From Squalus acanthias (taxonomy: Eukaryota): a stretch of 64,000 nucleotides of DNA. The position numbers were made by a program, and so were the translations under genes. The notes beneath the pieces are model-generated. The model did not search any database. It had not been told where the DNA came from and worked only from the letters and a program-made list of their open reading frames with translations. Positions 60,295 to 64,000 of the stretch are shown in pieces (the stretch's first letter is position 1; each line of letters starts with the position of its first letter). The stretch lies in the NCBI GenBank assembly GCA_030390025.1, contig CM059432.1, forward strand, positions 122,886,001 through 122,950,000, read 5' to 3'.

Positions 60295-62520
60295 GAATCA
60301 TAGAATGATAAAGCGCAGAAGGTGGACATTCAGCCCATCGTGCCTGTGCTGGCTCTTTGAAAGAGCTATCCAATTCGTCCCACTCCCTTGCCCTTTCCCT
60401 GCAGCACTGAAAATTTTTCCCCTTCAATTATTTATCCAGTTCCCTTTTGAAAGTTACTATTGAATCTGCTTCCACCACCCTTTCAGGCAGTACATTCCAG
60501 ATCATAAAATTTCTCTTCCTCTCGCCTCTGGTTCTTTTTCCAATTACCTTAAATCTGTGTCCTGTGGTTATCGACCCTTTTGTCACTGGAAACAGTTTCT
60601 CCTTATTTATTGAACACCTCTATTAAATCTCCCCTTAACTTTCTCTGCTCTAAGGAGAACTATCTCTCCATATAATTGAAGACCCACATCCCTGCTACCA
60701 TTCTAATAAATCTACTCTGCACCCTCTCCAGAATTGGACGCAATACTCCAGCTGAGGCTTAACCAGTGATTTATAAAGGTTTGGCATAACTCCCTTGCTC
60801 TTGTACTCTGTCACAGTTTACAAAGCCAAGGATCCCATATGCATTTTTAACAGCCTTCTCAGCTTGTCCTGCCACCTTCAAAGATTTGTGTGCGTACACC
60901 CCCAGGTCTCTCTGTTCCTGCACCCCCTTTAAAATTTTACCATTTAGTTTATATTGCCTCTCCTCATTCTTCCCACCAAAATGCATCACATCACACTTCT
61001 GTGTTAAATTTCATCTGCCATGTGTCTGCCCATTTTACAAGTCTGTCTTTGTCCTTCTGATTCCTGTTACTATCTGTTTACTACATTTCCGAGTTTCGTG
61101 TCATCTCCAACCTTTGAAATTATGCCCTGTATACCCAAGTCCAGGTCAATAAAATATATCAAAAAGAGCAGTGGTGCTAATCCCGACCTCTGGGGACCAC
61201 CACTCTCACTCAATACTTCCCTCCAGTCTGTAAAACAACTGTTCACCACTACTCTCTGCTTTCTCTCCCTTAGCCAATTTTGTATTCACGCTGCCACTAC
61301 CCCTTTAATCCCACGGGCTTCGGTTTTGCTAACGAGTCTATTATGTGATACTTTGTCAAACACCATTTGAAAGTCCATATACACAACATCAATCGCACTA
61401 CTTTCATCAACCCTCTCCGTTACTTCATCAACAAATTCAATCAAGTTAGTCAAACATGGTTTGCCTTTAACAAATCCGTGCTAGCTGTTATTTATTAACC
61501 CATATTTTTCCAAGTGACATTTAATTTTGTCTGATTATTGTCTCTAGAAGTTTCCCCTCCACCGATGTTAAGCTGACTAGCCTGTAGCTGCCGGGTTTAT
61601 CCCCCTCTCCCTTTTTGAACAGGGGTATAACATTTCCAGTCCTCTGGCACGACCCCTGTATCTAAGGAGGATTGGATAATTGTGACCAGAGCCTCCGCTA
61701 TCACCCCCCTTGCTTCCCTCAGCAGCTTGGGATGCATCCCATCCGGAACGGGTGACCTTTCTGCTTTGAGCGCTGCCAACCTTTTAAGTACTCCCTCTTT
61801 ATCTATTTTTATCCTATGCAATTTCTATACTATCTCGTCCTTTACTGCTACATTGGCAGTATCCTCTTCTTTAGTGAAGACAGCTACAAAGTACTCATTT
61901 AGTACCTCAGCCATGCCCTCTGCCTCCACACGAAGGTCCCCTTTTTGGTCCCTAATCAGCCCCACCCTTCCTTCCTTTGACTAGCCTTTTACTATTTCTG
62001 TGTTTATAAAAGACTTTTGGGTTCCTTTTTATGTTACCTGCTAATCTACATACATTCTCTTTGCCCCTCTTATTTCCTTTTTCAGTTCTGCTCTGTACTT
62101 TCTGTATTCAACTTGGTTCTCTACTATATTATGAGTCTGATATTTATCATAGGCTTCCTTTTTCTATTCATTTTAACCTCTATCTTTAGTCATGCAGGGA
62201 GCTCTAGCTTTGGATGCCCTTCCTTTCCCCTCGTGGGAATGTATCTAGTCTGTACCTGAACGATCTCCTGTTCTTTAATTCCAATCCACCTGGGCGAGAT
62301 CCCCTTTCAACTCACTGAAATTAGCCCTCCAGTTGAATATTTTCATGTTTTATTGTTCCTTCTACATTTCCATAACTACTCTAAATCTCATGATATTGTG
62401 ATCACTATTTCCCAAATGCTCTCCCACTGAAACATGCTCCACTTGCCCCACTTCATTCCCCAGAACCAGATCCAGCACTGCTGTCTTCCCTGTTGGGCTG
62501 GAAACATACTGACCAAGGAC
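60295..62520 (-). mobile_element. Degraded CR1 LINE ORF2 fragment
   Basis: SPVPDGMHPKLLRE, MHFGGKNEERQYKLNG..QRDLGV; attctatgattct tail. Confidence 0.9.
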
Positions 62521-63218
62521 TGGACAATGAGGTGATAAATGGCCATGGCTGTATAGCCCGAAGTAGAGGCAGGAGGGGTTTAGAAATGGAAGAGCAGTAA
62601 GCTGAGGGTGACTGACTGCTGCTAAGAAAAATAATTCAACTTTAACAGGAAATTACATAAAAACTGAATCAATATTTCTTTGTTGGCCAATTTATTCTGC
62701 TTAATCATCCGAGCCATATAGAGCTGATTTTCATGACTGCTTGTATGGTCTGTCAACAGTAAAAAGGAAAATGACAAATATATTAAATATAGGTGACAGT
62801 AAGTGAAACACATTGTACCAACAATGTATGTAGTCCATGAAATGAAAACAAAAATCAAAGAAATAACGATGGGTGGCAGTAGTAAAATACGAGGATGCCA
62901 AGCAACAATTTTGATTTGTTTATTTAAAACATTTAATAATTTATTCAAATCCAGGAAGAATTTTTATTTATTCACTAGGGAAAATACTTCTTTGTTGGAA
63001 CTAAGGGATATTTATTTACTGATTGGTTATAGAATCAATTTAAAGTAAAGGGCGGTAGCATTAAACGCATCGAGGTACTTAATTATTGATGGAATCAGGA
63101 GGGAGATGTGAAGATTATTTCTTAATTGATTAGTTAGTTTTTAGAGAAGAGGAGAGGATTAATTTATTGATGATTTTGTGACCCTGTGTCAAAAGGTGAA
63201 GCGAAGCTATTGTTGAAG

Positions 63219-63397
63219 TAAAAACTGAAAATGCTATATATGCACAGCAGGTGTGTCAGCATCTGAAAAGAGAAAAGATGGCCTAAGATTCCTGCAATGT
63301 TAGTCTATCTTTTTTTTCTTTTCAGATGCTAATGGATCTGCTGTGTTTTTCCAGTATTTTCTGTTTTTATTTCATATTTCCTGCATTTGCAGTATTT
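63219..63397. mobile_element. Degenerate palindromic Penelope-pLTR element lacking the ribozyme centre
   Basis: acagcagg..agcatctgaaaagagaaaa / ttttcttttcagatgct..ctgctgt inverted arms. Confidence 0.6.
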
Positions 63398-63509
63398 TTT
63401 CTTTGCATTTCTGAAGTAAACTGTGGAGTCAAACCAGGACAGAAATCAGTTTTCAATTATTTATTGATTTATCAATCTTTTCGTGGAATTGATTTGTAAG
63501 AGAAACAGT

Positions 63510-63880
63510 CTACAACAGCTTGCATTTATATATTACCTTTAACATAGCAAAATGTCCAAAGGTGCTTCACAGTTGAGGGTCAGACTCGAGCAGGAGTAGG
63601 AGGGAAGTAATTGCGCATGGGGTCCACTTTCACATGTATGCTGACAACACCCAGCTTTACTTGTCTATGTTCCAGCATGTGCCCTCTCTTCTGTCTTTGG
63701 CTTCCTTTGTATCACACCTGCCATTCAATCTTTGCAGCAGAGCCTTCAACTGCCTTGATGCCACGCTCTGGAAAGCCCACCTTAAACCCCTTCACCTTGC
63801 TACCACTTTCCCTTCCCTCAAAAGCCTTCTTGAAACCTATCCTTTTGATTTCACCGTATCTTGTTTTTTGTGGTTGATTT
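63510..63880. mobile_element. Degraded L2 pieces (minus-strand tail followed by plus-strand RT/3' remnants)
   Basis: cttgcatttatat tail; MYADNTQLYLS. Confidence 0.65.
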
Positions 63881-63946
63881 TGCCAAGAATGTGTGAATCA
63901 CTTTTTCATTATCGCTAACAACATATGTTCCTCTATTGTCCTACAG

Positions 63947-64000
63947 GTGAACAGTGCTGCAAAGGACATCCTCATTTACTTAATGCAGGGACGCCTGGTT
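63947..64000 (+). CDS. RTTN: Rotatin exon 16, partial (VNSAAKDILIYLMQGRLV...)
   Basis: cctacag acceptor; matches VNTAAKAILLYLLQGRL; truncated by window end. Confidence 0.93.
   Translation, partial: MNSAAKDILIYLMQGRLV

Overview
Vertebrate genomic DNA, almost certainly from a cartilaginous fish (shark-type HE1/V-SINE, SacSINE1-like Deu-domain SINEs, CR1, L2 and Penelope repeats). The window holds the CpG-island promoter and the first 16 coding exons of rotatin (RTTN) on the + strand (ATG at 4885; exon 16 runs off the end of the window). All introns are GT-AG and phases are consistent through exon 14 (1974 nt, 658 codons). Exon 15 is 125 nt and carries an apparent 1-bp deletion frameshift with a premature TAG. 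Intron 1 opens with a ~4.5 kb 40-bp minisatellite, and the introns are dense with nested transposable elements. I found no new protein-coding system. The best leads are: the exon 15 frameshift; Penelope-derived minimal hammerhead-ribozyme units present as a two-ribozyme palindrome and as a solo TSD-flanked insertion; a minisatellite made of cryptic 5' splice sites next to a weak authentic donor; a SINE tail abutting the exon 7 acceptor; and four Harbinger-like MITEs of mostly dissimilar sequence that are all 759-764 bp. Family names and human RTTN comparisons are from recall, not database searches, and repeat boundaries are approximate unless a TSD or TIR is quoted.
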